Source: Thraustochytrium aureum (Eukaryota). Taken from it: 64,000 bases of DNA. Every line of letters starts with the position of its first letter. Position 1 is the first letter of the stretch. Made by a program: the position numbers and the translations under genes. Shown here piece by piece: positions 32,169-43,677 of the stretch. The stretch covers positions 1 to 64,000 of the forward strand of contig BLSG01000387.1 of the NCBI GenBank assembly GCA_012862495.1, in the 5' to 3' direction. Under the pieces are notes generated by a model. The model was not told where the DNA came from. It did no database searches and saw nothing but the letters and a program-made list of their open reading frames with translations.

Positions 32169-34854
32169 GGGGTCGCGCCGTCGTTTCATTACGAGAGCGA
32201 ACACCTTATGGCGGCCGCGCCTGGCGTCGCGCCGTCTGCGGAGCGGGACATCGTCCCCGGAGCTTCGCTTAAGGACGCCGAAGACAGGAGCGAGATGGTG
32301 TCCACGATGACGCTCTCCCCGACGCCCCTGTACAGCGGGTTTTCGAAAATCGACTCGCGGTTTGACACCGACGAGGAGCGCGACGAGGAGGACGGCTTCT
32401 TGCCCAACATCGCCGTGAACAGCAGCTGCGTTCTGAGCTCGTCGAGCACGTCGGCCGGGACGTTCTGCCGGCTCACCGACGACGAGCACCAGCGCATCGC
32501 AACCGCTTCCGAAGAGAACCCGTTCATTCTGATCGACCTTGAGGAGCTCTACTTTGTGGACATTCTTTCCTTCGCGGTCAACGTGGACGACGTGTCCTCG
32601 CACAACAAGCTCGCGGTCATGTGCATGAACGAGACGCACGGCGACCTGACTCGCACTGACGCCTCGCACCTTCCGTTCAGCTGGCAAAAGACCGTCCTGC
32701 AGAACAGCGGCAACTACTCGTTCCACGTGCACTCTGCGTGCCAGGTCGTGCGCCTGCAGCGGCTCAGCTTTGGGCCGCTCGTCATCGCCGATCTTCGCAT
32801 TTACGGCGCTGCGATCCGCAACCGGGAGGTGATCAACTGCCTCAGCGGCCACGACGGCGAGATCTGTTCGGGCCACGGCCAGTGCGACAATGCACGCTGC
32901 TCGTGCAACCTCGGCTACGCCGGGCCCAAATGCGGCGAAGCAACGATTTTCTTCACCGCGCTCAAGCTCGGGGCGCTCGTCCTCAGCTTCGTGGTGCTGG
33001 TGCTCGTCTATTTGGACATGGTACCGAGGACGTTCGCGAAGCGCTCGGACTACGCGCCCGTAAAGACAGCGCAGGAGACTGATGACCCTGCGCGGAGCAT
33101 CCCCGACTACGCGAGCCCAGATGGCCTCAAGCGCGATGGCCTTGGCGACCCGGTGCTGCTCACGCGCGCCTCCAGCCTGCCAGCGTCGGCCTCGTCGACC
33201 TATGCCAGCGCGCACGGGATGGGCCTAGGAGGCAGCAAGCAAGGCTCGTTGCACCTCTTATTCGCCTCGCCGCTTGTGATGTCTGTTCAGGCCAGCGGGG
33301 GCGAGACGTTCCGCCCCATCCAGGGCCTAGACCTGCGCCGCGAGCACGCCATGCTGCAGCAGAGCCTGCACCGCGCCGCCGGTCCCAACCGCACGCAAAT
33401 CCCAGTCACTGTCTCAACAGCCACGATCGACCGATTCCACAGCCTCATGACTCTTGGCAACGTTCGCTGCCTCCACTTTAGCGGCCACTGCACGCGCGAC
33501 TTTCTCGCCTTTGAGGATGCGGGCGGCCAGCTTCACCAGATCAAGATGTCCATGCTGCGCGGCCTCCTCCGCAGCACGGTGACGCCCAAGTCGCTCAAGA
33601 CCTTGCGGATGGTCGTGCTCAACGCCTGCAACAGCGAGAATGCCGCGCTCGAGTTTGTCCTCGCTGGGGTCCCGCACGTGATCGGCTACCGCAAGCGGGT
33701 GCGCGACTCGACTGCCTCAACCTTTACGCAGGCGCTCTACCTCTCGCTCGCCTGCGGGCGCACGGTCCGAGACGCGTTCGAGTCCGCCAAGGAGGCGGTT
33801 TTCTCCAGTCCCTCGTTCGACAGCGCCGAGCTCGACGCGTTTCTGCTCTTGCCCGAGCGCGGCAACCACGCCGAGGTGCTCTGGGATGAATCCTCTGGCG
33901 AAGTGGCCGCAGCGCCGCGCTGGCCCTACTCGGAGGGCATGCGGCCGCTCCCGCCGCTCGCCGACGAGTTCATCGGGCGTCACGTCGACACCTGGCAGCT
34001 TTTGGACGCTCTCCAGCTCCGCAACCGCCGCCTGATTGTGGTGAATGGCGAGCATGGCGTCGGCAAGACGCAGCTCGCCACTGCGGTCGCGCACCACGTG
34101 CACCTTCGTCGCGCGACGCAGGTCTGCTGCGATGGTGTTTTCGTCGTCAAGGGCGGCGGGCTGTGTTGACGTCTCAGCCGCTTCGGCAGAGCTTGCGCCT
34201 AGCCTGGTGCAGCTCGCTGCGCTCGTGGATGCGGCTTTCAAGGCCTTCCTGCCTTTGATGACGAATGCGCACGCTACGACCCAGTTCGGCCGCCTGCGCG
34301 AGGGGAGCTTCGATGGGGGCATGGATGTCGACCTCGAGGCTGTCCACCGTGCCGAGCAGCTTACCGACTGCGTGCAGGACGATGCCTCGCTCACAGACCG
34401 CGCTCTGCGGCGCAAGATTGTGTCCAAGGCGGACCTGCTGGCGGATTCGCTGGCCTCGCGCAAGGCGAGTTGCTTGCTCGTGCTGGACAGCGTTGAAGAG
34501 TCGGCCGAGCTAGTCTCGCTCTTCCTCGCCAAGCTCCTGGAGGAAGTACCGAGTCTCCGGGTGATTATCACGTGCGAGGCCCCCTACCAGCTTCCGCTTG
34601 ATGTCAACCTGCAGCACTACAACCTTGGGCCGCTTTCGAGCGGCGACTCTGCTCTGCTGCTCTCGCGCCACCTCAAGCGCAAGCTTTTGGTGGCCGGCAA
34701 GGACCTCAGCCTGCAGGACCTCGCGCAGCACAGCGTCATTGCGGCGACCAACGGCAACCCGTTCCGCATCATCAAGCTCGCACGCGAGCTCGCCTGTACT
34801 TCTACCAATAACGGCGCCGTCGACCTTGCCGACCTCGCCCCAGCCGCGGTTTGA
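32169..34854 (+). CDS. Single-pass receptor: ectodomain + EGF + TM + CHAT caspase-like protease + STAND (NB-ARC-like) NTPase (5' end probably in gap; frameshift ~34150)
   Basis: EGF CSGHGQCDNARCSCNLGYAGPKC; TM LGALVLSFVVLVLVYL; CHAT LLFASP..LHFSGH..VVLNAC..GVPHVIG..FTQALY; FIGR, Walker A GEHGVGKT, Walker B LLVLDSVE, RVIITC, LGPLS, GNP. Confidence 0.85.
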
Positions 34855-34979
34855 TGTAAAGAAGAACGAGTCGCTCGACCTCCCAAATTGAGATTAATCC
34901 AGCAAAAGGCTCACGTGCACCGGCGCCAACGTGGGCGAGCCATGGCCGCGAGCGGAAGACCGCTGTCTGGTGGTGCCGG

Positions 34980-35010
<31 letters not shown>
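34980..35010. repeat. (TGC)n microsatellite
   Basis: About 10 tandem TGC units. Confidence 0.9.
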
Positions 35011-35011
<1 letters not shown>

Positions 35012-36434
35012 ATGGGTGTGCTGGTGAATTTCCCGCCAGAGTTGTTGGACAAGCCCCTCGGGCCACGAGACATGCTGGGCTGACCGCGGAGAGGTCATAC
35101 TGCTAGTACAACATCTGCTGTTGATGCGATGCTGTTGTTGTTGCTGTTGCTGGTGGTGCGCGAGCAGAGCTCGGCACAAATAGCTCGACCGCCCACCACC
35201 GCTTCCGGCGACGGCCTTCCGAGTAGAACAAATGCCGACGAGGTTGCAGACCATCACAGTTCACTTGCAAGTCTAATCGTCGGAGGCCGAGCGCCGCGCC
35301 TTCGCGATCTTGAGACCGCTGCTGGCTTAAAAAAATTAAACGACACATGGTGCAACATAGAAGGGTCCGAGTTGTCNNNNNNNNNNNNNNNNNNNNNNNN
35401 NNNNNNNNNNNNNNNNNNNNNNNNNNNNNNNNNNNNNNNNNNNNNNNNNNNNNNNNNNNNNNNNNNNNNNNNNNNNNNNNNNNNNNNNNNNNNNNNNNNN
35501 NNNNNNNNNNNNNNNNNNNNNNNNNNNNNNNNNNNNNNNNNNNNNNNNNNNNNNNNNNNNNNNNNNNNNNNNNNNNNNNNNNNNNNNNNNNNNNNNNNNN
35601 NNNNNNNNNNNNNNNNNNNNNNGAAGTGTTGACTCGCCTCGGGACCAGTCAAACCGACGACTGATGCCTCACCCATCAAGGCCACTTGGCGGACATCGAG
35701 TACGCCCTGGCAGCTCGCCCGCGGCTCTTCGGCAAGGCGTACGAGCCACCGATGGGTTCCAATGTAGCGCCACAAGCTTGCGCCATCCGCGAGATGTCTT
35801 CGTAGCAGTCAAACTCGATTTGGTGATGGTGAAATGATTTGGTGAAATGAAATGCCTCGTCCTTCTTCAGACGAGACTGAAGTGCTCGCGGGCTGACGCC
35901 TAGAGGTAATACTTGATGTTATGGTACCCGGTCGCCAGGCACTTTGCAAGATCCTCGACTCGCCGGCAGGGTGCACTGCGGAACGCACAGCGTCGTCGAA
36001 GGCGGCCGAGAAAACGGTGTCGCGCTTCACTTGGCCAATAAAGGCGTCGGCACTGTCTCTGTCGCCGAGGACCGCTGCAGCAGCAAATGGCACTACTTAC
36101 TTGAGCGACCTTGTGGCCGCTGTGCTTGGCGCCGGCTGCAAAGACCACGGCCAGCGCGCCGCCCCGAGAAAACCCGGACGCAACGATCTGCGCCGACTTG
36201 CCGCACTCGGACTCCACGTCGGGAGAATCTTTCGCACTTGGAGCACACGAAGAAGCAGCAGACCTGCTTTGCACACGCTTGAGGACTGCAGCGCGCGCCA
36301 AGGACGCGAAGGGCTCGCCAGCGAGACGGGTTGCGCTCAGCGGCGCCAAGCGCGAAGGTCGCTGCGTGCCAGGCACGCTCGGTGGAGCGCGGGCGCGAGG
36401 AGGCTCCCTCGCCAGCCGGGCAAAGACACGCGAG

Positions 36435-38122
36435 ATGGGCGGGATTGACGCGAGCAAGGTGGTGGCACTGGCCAAGGGCCACCCGAAAAACGCCCCGGGT
36501 TTGTGTACCGGTATGGGACCGCCGGGTTTCGCGAGAGGGCGGAGGTTCTCGACTCTGTCTGCGTGCGCGTCGGCATGCTCGCGTGGATCAGGGCCAAGGC
36601 CACCGGGTCAGCCGTTGGCCTCATGGTCACCGCCTCGCACAACCCCGTCGCCGACAACGGCCTGAAGGCAGTGGACCCAGACGGCGGCATGCTCGCCCAA
36701 GACTGGGAGACGGTCGCCACAGACCTGGTCAACGCCGCGGACGACAAGGTCTACGACATGCTCGTCAGCATCGCTGCCGAGAAGGAGGTCGACCTGAGCG
36801 CGGCCGCGCCCGAGGACGCCCGCGTCTTCATTGGCCGCGACACTCGCCCGCACAGCGAGCGCCTCGCCGAGCTTGCTGCTTCTGGGGTCGAGGCTCTCGC
36901 GGGGAGATTCGTCGACGTCGGCGTTGTAACGACGCCGCAGCTCCACCACTGCGTCCGCTCCTTCAACCTGGACCAAGAGCGCTCGCTCGCCAACGTCGAC
37001 GGGTACTACACCAAGGTCTCGCGCGCGTTCCACACACTTGTGGAGGACCGCTCCGCTGCAGAGCCGGTTTTCGTCGACGCGGCGTTTGGCGTCGGTGGGC
37101 CGCGCTTCCACAACCTCCTTGCCGTTGTCAACAAGAGTCGCCAGGCGGTCAAGAGCGAGGTGCGCAACTCGCCCACAGGCCGGGCCGAGAAAGCTGCAGA
37201 GGAGGCTGCCAAGCTTAACAACGGCGTTGGTGCCGAGCACGTCCAGAAAAAGCTTTTATTTCCCGAGGACACGCTGCGCCTGCCTGAAGAGCGCCTCGCT
37301 CGATTCGCCAGCTTTGATGGCGACGCCGACCGCATCGTGTACTTTCGCGCAACCTCTGCGGACAAGCTCAACCTGTTCGACGGGGACAAGATCGCTTGCC
37401 TGCTCACCTTTTTCATCCAAAAGCAGCTCGCTGCCCTCCCGGCGGCCCTCTCAGAGGGCGTCACGCTCGCCTGCGTGCAGACTGCATATGCGAACGGCGC
37501 GTCTTCCCGCTACATCCGCGACGTGCTCAAGGTGGACGGCCCCCTCACCAAGACCGGTGTCAAGCACCTCCACCACAAGGCGCTCGAGTACGATGTCGGA
37601 GTGTACTTTGAAGCCAACGGCCACGGCACTGTCCTCTTCAAGCCGTCCCTCATCGCAAAGATCCGCGACTCGACCGAGGTCGTCGGCGCAACGGCCACGC
37701 GTGCCGCGCAAAATATCTTGGCCCTGGAGCAGCTCATCAACCAGGCTACTGGCGACGCGATGGCGGATTTACTCGCTGTCGAAGCCGTGCTGATGGTGGA
37801 AGGGATGTCGCTCGACGACTGGGACGAGCTCTACAGCGACCTTCCCTCCCGGCAGCTCAAGTGCACTGTGGCCGACCGCACGGCCATCGTGACCAGCGAC
37901 GACGAGTCGCGGGTTCTCGAGCCCAAAGCTTTGCAGGACGCTATCGACGAAGCGGTTTCACGGTTTGAGAGCGGGCGTGCCTTTGCTCGTCCTTCAGGCA
38001 CGGAGGACGCGGTTCGCGTCTACGCAGAGGCGGCCACAGCAAAAATGGCTGACGAGCTCGCAGTTCTGGTAAACCAGGCCATCTATGACCACGCTGGAGG
38101 CGTGGGCGAGCGGCCCAAGTGA
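36435..38122 (+). CDS. PGM3: Phosphoacetylglucosamine mutase (apparent 1-nt frameshift ~36482-36500)
   Basis: YGTAGFR, MVTASHNP (phospho-Ser), FDGDADR, VQTAYANG, YFEANGHGT, FARPSGTEDAVRVYAEA. The ATG at 36435 is in a different frame from the body. Confidence 0.95.
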
Positions 38123-38124
38123 AC

Positions 38125-38206
38125 CCGCAGCGGCCCACCTCGAGCTCGCTTTGGGTGACGCCGCGGCGGCCCACGTCGAGCTCGCGTTGGGTGACGCCGC
38201 AGCGGC
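38125..38206. repeat. 36-bp tandem duplication (~2.3 copies)
   Basis: CCGC[A/G]GCGGCCCAC[C/G]TCGAGCTCGC[T/G]TTGGGTGACG, starting 2 nt after the PGM3 stop. Confidence 0.9.
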
Positions 38207-38275
38207 GCCCCGCTTCCAACAACAACAGCTAAGGATCTCTCCATTGACGTTTCATTTCTGCGCGCAAATTGTTGG

Positions 38276-39220
38276 TTAGCCAAACGCCGAAGTGCCGGCA
38301 ATGGCCAAGGAGAGTTGCTCGAAGGTTAGGAAGAACGCTAGCGACCACGGCGCCATTCGAAGCCACGTCGGAAGCCAACCCTTGTACAAGGCCGCTACGC
38401 CCTCGCGGCGAACCGTTTGCCCGAGACAGTCAATTGTCGACCGGTACAAGGTGCCCTTGCCTGTTGCCGGGTCGAGCGCCTGGCTCATGTAACGCGTCTT
38501 GGCAACGTCGAAGGGAGCGCCAAGCGTTGCGGCCACCAAACCCGCGCAGGCACTACTCATTGCGTGGAGCCCCGGCCCTTCATCGGCGACCCCGTTGCGC
38601 TTGAGCGCCCGCTTTGCGGCATCATAGCATGTCAGGTCCCCAAGCTGGACGAAAGCAGCGCGCGTACAGTTGGGCCCCCATCCGCGCCAGAGGCCGAGCA
38701 GGCCGCCTTCGCGGTACAAAGCGCGGACCGCGCTAGCAGTGCCGCTGAAGCGTGGCACAGGACGTGCGCGGTCGACTTGCATATTGACTTTGACAAGGTC
38801 CGTTGGGCTCGCGATGAGCTGTGCCAGGAATCCCGCGCTCATGCCAGATGCGACGCCTTTCCACATCGCCAGGCCGCCGTCCGGGTCGGAGCCGCCCAAG
38901 ACACGGTCTCGAACGAAGGCGTAGAGGGGCACTCTGGATCCGCTGTACACAATGTGCCGCAGGCACGCTGGTGCAAGCCCTTGGTAGAGCCCGCTCACGC
39001 CTTCGGCCTGCATTACCAAGCGCGTCGTGTTCAAGAGCCCTCCTCTGCGCACGCGGGCTGCTTTCGGGTCGTCCGGGCTGCCTTCGCCCACCTTTTGCAG
39101 CCTGGACTTGACCGTGTCGAGAGGAAAGGTTAGTGTCTCCGCGACGCATGCAGCCGCCGACGAGAGCGCATAGGTCCAAGCAGGGCCAAGTTGCCGTCCA
39201 GGCTCTGCTCTGCGCGTCAT
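38276..39220 (-). CDS. Mitochondrial carrier (SLC25), UCP4/UCP-like subfamily
   Basis: Three PxDxxK signatures (PLDTVKSR, PTDLVKVN, PFDVAKTR), RHIVYSG, YKGWLPTWLRMAPW. Confidence 0.93.
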   Translation of the reverse strand: MTRRAEPGRQLGPAWTYALSSAAACVAETLTFPLDTVKSRLQKVGEGSPDDPKAARVRRGGLLNTTRLVMQAEGVSGLYQGLAPACLRHIVYSGSRVPLYAFVRDRVLGGSDPDGGLAMWKGVASGMSAGFLAQLIASPTDLVKVNMQVDRARPVPRFSGTASAVRALYREGGLLGLWRGWGPNCTRAAFVQLGDLTCYDAAKRALKRNGVADEGPGLHAMSSACAGLVAATLGAPFDVAKTRYMSQALDPATGKGTLYRSTIDCLGQTVRREGVAALYKGWLPTWLRMAPWSLAFFLTFEQLSLAIAGTSAFG

Positions 39221-39891
39221 CGTACTGCTTGGCTAGCTTGGAGCCTGCGCTCGTCGCGCGCCAGCTCGGCCGCGGAGCGCCGTCGTCTTTGCGCCAGCAA
39301 ACGGAATGGCGACGAGCCTTTCTTGACGAGGGCACCGCGATAANNNNNNNNNNNNNNNNNNNNNNNNNNNNNNNNNNNNNNNNNNNNNNNNNNNNNNNNN
39401 NNNNNNNNNNNNNNNNNNNNNNNNNNNNNNNNNNNNNNNNNNNNNNNNNNNNNNNNNNNNNNNNNNNNNNNGAGTACTGTACCCGCTCTTGCTGCAGCGC
39501 GCAACTTGACCCGCGTGTTTCATCCGCGGTGGCGCTTGCCTGCTTCGGTCGGTGATTCTGCGAGCCCGTGTCGCGATTCTCGTCTCCGCTGCGGGACTCG
39601 TGACGTGACGAACTGGGCTTCGCGTCTCTTGGAGTCGTCCAAGCCCCGGCTGCACCGCGCGTCTACATACCACGTCACTTGCCCCTCCAAAGTTACGTGC
39701 ATTGCCGAACGCGTTCAACGGCTATAAATCGCATTGCCGCCAGAGCAGGCCGCGCAGTGCGCCAAGCTGGAGAGGCGCTGCCGTGCGGGCGCATTGAGCG
39801 GTGCTAGCTGCGTGCGTGCGTGCGTGCGTGCGTGCAGGTCCTGGTGCAGGTACGGGACTTGAGGGCTAGCGGTCTGCGGAACGGCGAAAAA

Positions 39892-41086
39892 ATGGCACAG
39901 GTTGGAAACCAGGAGGACGACCGTGATGTCCTGCTCGAAAGCGACATCGCATTCCCCGAAGCACCGCTCGAGGCGCGAGAGCTGAGCATTAAGGAGCTGA
40001 CGAGAGAGCTCGAGATGCGGTCGGTGCGCGCTTCGGGGTTTTACGCCGAGGATGTCAAGACGCTGCAAGATATTTACAACGACGAGTATGAGGCGCAGCT
40101 CAAAGCCGCGCAGGCGAAGCGAGACGAGTACTTTGCCGAGAAGCAACGCGCTCGGGACTTGGCAAAGCAGCGCGAAAAGGAATCGATCGAGCGCCGCGAG
40201 GAGCAAGCCGCCCTGTCGAGCAACCCTCGCGCCGCGTTCTGGATCAAAGTCATGGGCAGCTCAAAGTGCCCCAAAGACGCGCAAATCAGCAACCTGTCCC
40301 CGCCACTCCTGCGGGCGCTCTGCCGCCCGCTCTCTTGCAGCACGGCGCTGTGCAGCCTGGACCTCGCGCACAGCCAACTGAACGAGCAAAGCGTCGAGCT
40401 ACTGGGGAATCGCGCTATGCAGGAACACGAGCCTCAAGCGGGTAGAGTTGGAAGACTGCGGGCTTGAAGCCGCCGGAGCTCGAGTATTTGCCAAGGTGCT
40501 CGCGGAGAACGAGTCTCTCGCGCATCTATCGCTCGAAAACAACCCGCTCACGGGGATCGACCGCGACGACTTTGGCGGTGTTGGGGCCCTTGCCGCCGCG
40601 CTTCCACGCAACTCGACGCTTCTATTGCTCAACTTGTGGCGCACCGGGCTCGGAACGCGGGGTGGTGCTCTTTTTGCTGAGCAGCTCGAGCTGAACACCG
40701 CGCTGCTGAGCCTTGGCGTGGGGTGCAACAACTTGAGTGTCGAGGCCGAGAAAGGGATCCACGCCCTCCTGGAACGCAACGCGCAGATCAAGGAGCACAG
40801 GGACCACCTCGCGCACCTCGACAAGGAAAAGCGAGCCGAAACGGAGCGGCAGATCCGCGAAGAGGAGGACGCAGAGCGCAGGCGCACCGAGGAGGACCTG
40901 TGGCTCGAGCGCCGCAAGGTGGAGCGCGCTCAGGCGCGCGAGCAGGCCAAGCTCGACGAGATCCACCGCCTCGAGGAAGAGGCGCGCCTCGCTGAGGAGG
41001 AGCGCTTGCGCCTAGAGGAGGAAGAGCGCCTGAAGCAGGAAGCAAAGCGCAAGAAAAAGAAGAAGGGCAAGAAGGGCAAGAAATGA
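39892..41086 (+). CDS. RNI-like LRR protein with SAP-like motif, coiled coil and lysine-rich tail (frameshift ~40405)
   Basis: LSIKELTRELEMRSV (SAP-like); LRRs LCSLDLAHSQL, LKRVELEDCGL, LAHLSLENNPL, LLLLNLWRTGL, LLSLGVGCNNL; ends KKKKKGKKGKK. Confidence 0.82.
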
Positions 41087-41092
41087 GCAAAA

Positions 41093-41240
41093 GCAAGGAA
41101 ATCATGTTTGCTACGCTGTGTTGCCCAGCCGCCCTTGCGCTGTCTGCGCTAGTTGCGCCAAGCCAGCTGCAAGGAAATCATGTTTGCTACGCTGCGTTGC
41201 CCAGCCGCCCTTGCGCTGTCTGGGCTGGTTGCGCCAAGCC
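41093..41240. repeat. 76-bp tandem duplication
   Basis: GCAAGGAAATCATGTTTGCTACGCTG...GCGCCAAGCC at 41093 and 41169, starting 6 nt after the LRR stop. Confidence 0.9.
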
Positions 41241-41321
41241 CGCTGCAGACGAGGCGGCGCCATCAGCAGCAGGTTGTCTGTGTTGCTCCGGCAGTGTGAG
41301 GAAGGATGGACGGACGCGTCG

Positions 41322-42013
41322 CTATACTTGCCCAAGGACGGTGCGCACGTTCAGCTTGTATATCTCGCCTGCTTCACCCGACGGGAATTGGGCGCGCAGC
41401 TCAGAGCACAGATACCGCTGCATCCGCGGCGCGGTCGTCACCGCAACATGCACCGCCCGGCAGCGAGCAAAGGCGTCCAGCTGTGCCTCTTCCAGTATGC
41501 TGCCCCGCAGTTCATGCACGAGCTCTGCGAGGAGGACGTCGGCCGTGCAACGCGTCCCTGCTCCGAGAAACCCAGACGCGGCAACGTCGCCGCCTGCGCG
41601 TTCAAGCATTGCCTCAAGCAGTGGGAAGAACTTTTCCACCCGGCGGCTCGCGTCCTCGCGCAGGGCCTCCTGCGAGTCAGCGAACGGCCAGCTGACAACG
41701 GGGCCGCGCAGGTCCCGAATCATTTCGCAGAGCATATCGTTGTGAGCTGCGTCCTTTGGCGTCTTGCCGTCGAGGCCCGCTCGCCGTCCCAAGTACCGAA
41801 CGATCGCCTGCGACTGCACGAGCTCCATGCCGTCCACCTCAAGGAGCGGCAACTGGTTGAACAGCAGCTTGCCCGAGCCGCGCAGTGCCTCGAGCTGTTC
41901 TCGCGAGCTCACTGCGCAAAACGTCCATCCGCAGGCCGGCCCCTCGCCCGCGCCCTCGCGCACCTCATCCTCGCCAAAGGTCCAGCTCAGCATCCAGCGC
42001 GCCTGCTCGGCGA
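41322..42013 (-). CDS. Glutathione S-transferase (alpha/sigma/pi-like; 5' end in gap)
   Basis: LLFNQLPLLEVDGMELVQSQAIVRYLGRRAGLDG and FLGAGTRCTADVLL. Confidence 0.9.
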
Positions 42014-42301
42014 NNNNNNNNNNNNNNNNNNNNNNNNNNNNNNNNNNNNNNNNNNNNNNNNNNNNNNNNNNNNNNNNNNNNNNNNNNNNNNNNNNNNNNN
42101 NNNNNNNNNNNNNNNNNNNNNNNNNNNNNNNNNNNNNNNNNNNNNNNNNNNNNNNNNNNNNNNNNNNNNNNNNNNNNNNNNNNNNNNNNNNNNNNNNNNN
42201 NNNNNNNNNNNNNNNNNNNNNNNNNNNNNNNNNNNNNNNNNNNNNNNNNNNNNNNNNNNNNNNNNNNNNNNNNNNNNNNNNNNNNNNNCGGGCGGATCGG
42301 G

Positions 42302-43341
42302 ATGGCGCTGGCCGGCCTCGTGGCCAAGCTCGTCGGGCTCGTGGGCGGGGTCGCGGCGGCCGTCCTCGCTGCGGTGTGGTGGATGCAGGCGCGGCTGCTG
42401 TACATGCCCCGCGTCCCCGGCGCGATCCACAACAGGGACCCGGCAGACAATGAACACCCGAGCCACCGCTCGCCGGCGTACTACGAGCTGGCGTGGGACG
42501 AGCTGGACGCGCCTTCGGCTGACCAGAAGGCCAGGCTGCACGGCTGGCTGGTGCGCGGCGTGGGCTCGGCGCTGCCGACGGTCCTGTTCTTCCACGGCAA
42601 CGCCGGGAACATCGGTCACCGGATGCAGTTTGTGCACGCGATGATGTCGGCCTTTCCGTGCAACGTGGCGCTGTTCGACTATCGCGGGTATGGGCGGAGC
42701 ACGGGAAGCCCGGGCGAGAAAGAGCTCATTGCCGACGCGCGCGTTATGCTGGAACATGTGAGGACGGCCTGTCCGGGCGTGGACCCTGCCCGCGTTTACG
42801 TGATGGGACGGAGTTTGGTGAGTTTGGTTTGCCGGCTGCGGCGCGACAGGCCTTGCGACCTAACTTTCGAGGCCTCCGTGCCCTTCCGTTGCGCTGCGGA
42901 CAGGGCGCTGCAGTTGCCATAGCGCTTGCCTACGAGCTGCGCGGCGAGTGGGGCGCGGGCCCGGCCGGGGCCCCTTTTCAAGGTCTGATCGTCGAGAACA
43001 CGTTCACCTCTGTCCCGCGCGTCGTCGAGAGAATTCTAGGCAACTACATCGCCAACCGCGAGCTGTGTCACGCCATCGTCAACGCGGTGGTCATGCTGCA
43101 ATGGGATTCGTCTGCAAGAGTGCGCAAGTTGCCTGCAGGGCTTCCTGTTTTGTTCCTGGCCGGGATGGAGGACGAAATCGTTCCGCACGAGCACATGCGT
43201 GCCCTGTACGTCCTCTGCTCCAGCAAGGACAAGCACTGGGAGGGCTTTCCTTGGGGCGACCACAACTTTACGTGGATGGAGCGCGGCTATTTCAAGCGTC
43301 TCGGTTCATTCGTGCAACAGGACCGCAAAAGCGCTGCATGA
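42302..43341 (+). CDS. ABHD13: Alpha/beta hydrolase, ABHD13/Bem46-like (intron 42818-42903)
   Basis: N-terminal TM, QARLLYMP, FFHGNAGNIGHR, DYRGYGRS. A GTGAGT...CAG intron restores GRSLG. ENTFTS, DEIVP, GDHN complete the Ser-Asp-His triad. Confidence 0.9.
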
Positions 43342-43677
43342 GCTGCGTTCAGCGACCACCGCCCATGGAGGGTCCTTCTGGCCTTGCGCGGCCCCTGGGC
43401 GGGGCTGAAGGAGGACACCGGGCAGCAACAAGCTCAGCCCTCAGGAATGTAGACAGAACCTTTTTTTTGAATTTTGATGAAAAGAGCACCTGGCAAACCG
43501 CAGATCGTCGTACGCGATGCCCAGCAGGAGACGCGATTCTACGAACTCAAACCGTGCGCACGACTCGCCTGTTCCAAAACGCAAGAAAGAAGGTTCGAGG
43601 CGTGGCGCTGGCGGGTCGGGTTGCGTTGACAGGATCCGCTTGGCGCTTACTCGGTTGTGGCGTGGCGACCGGCGGCA

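Noticed and set aside
35623..36430. Short minus-strand ORFs between the gap and PGM3
   Set aside because: No homology cues or consistent splice model.
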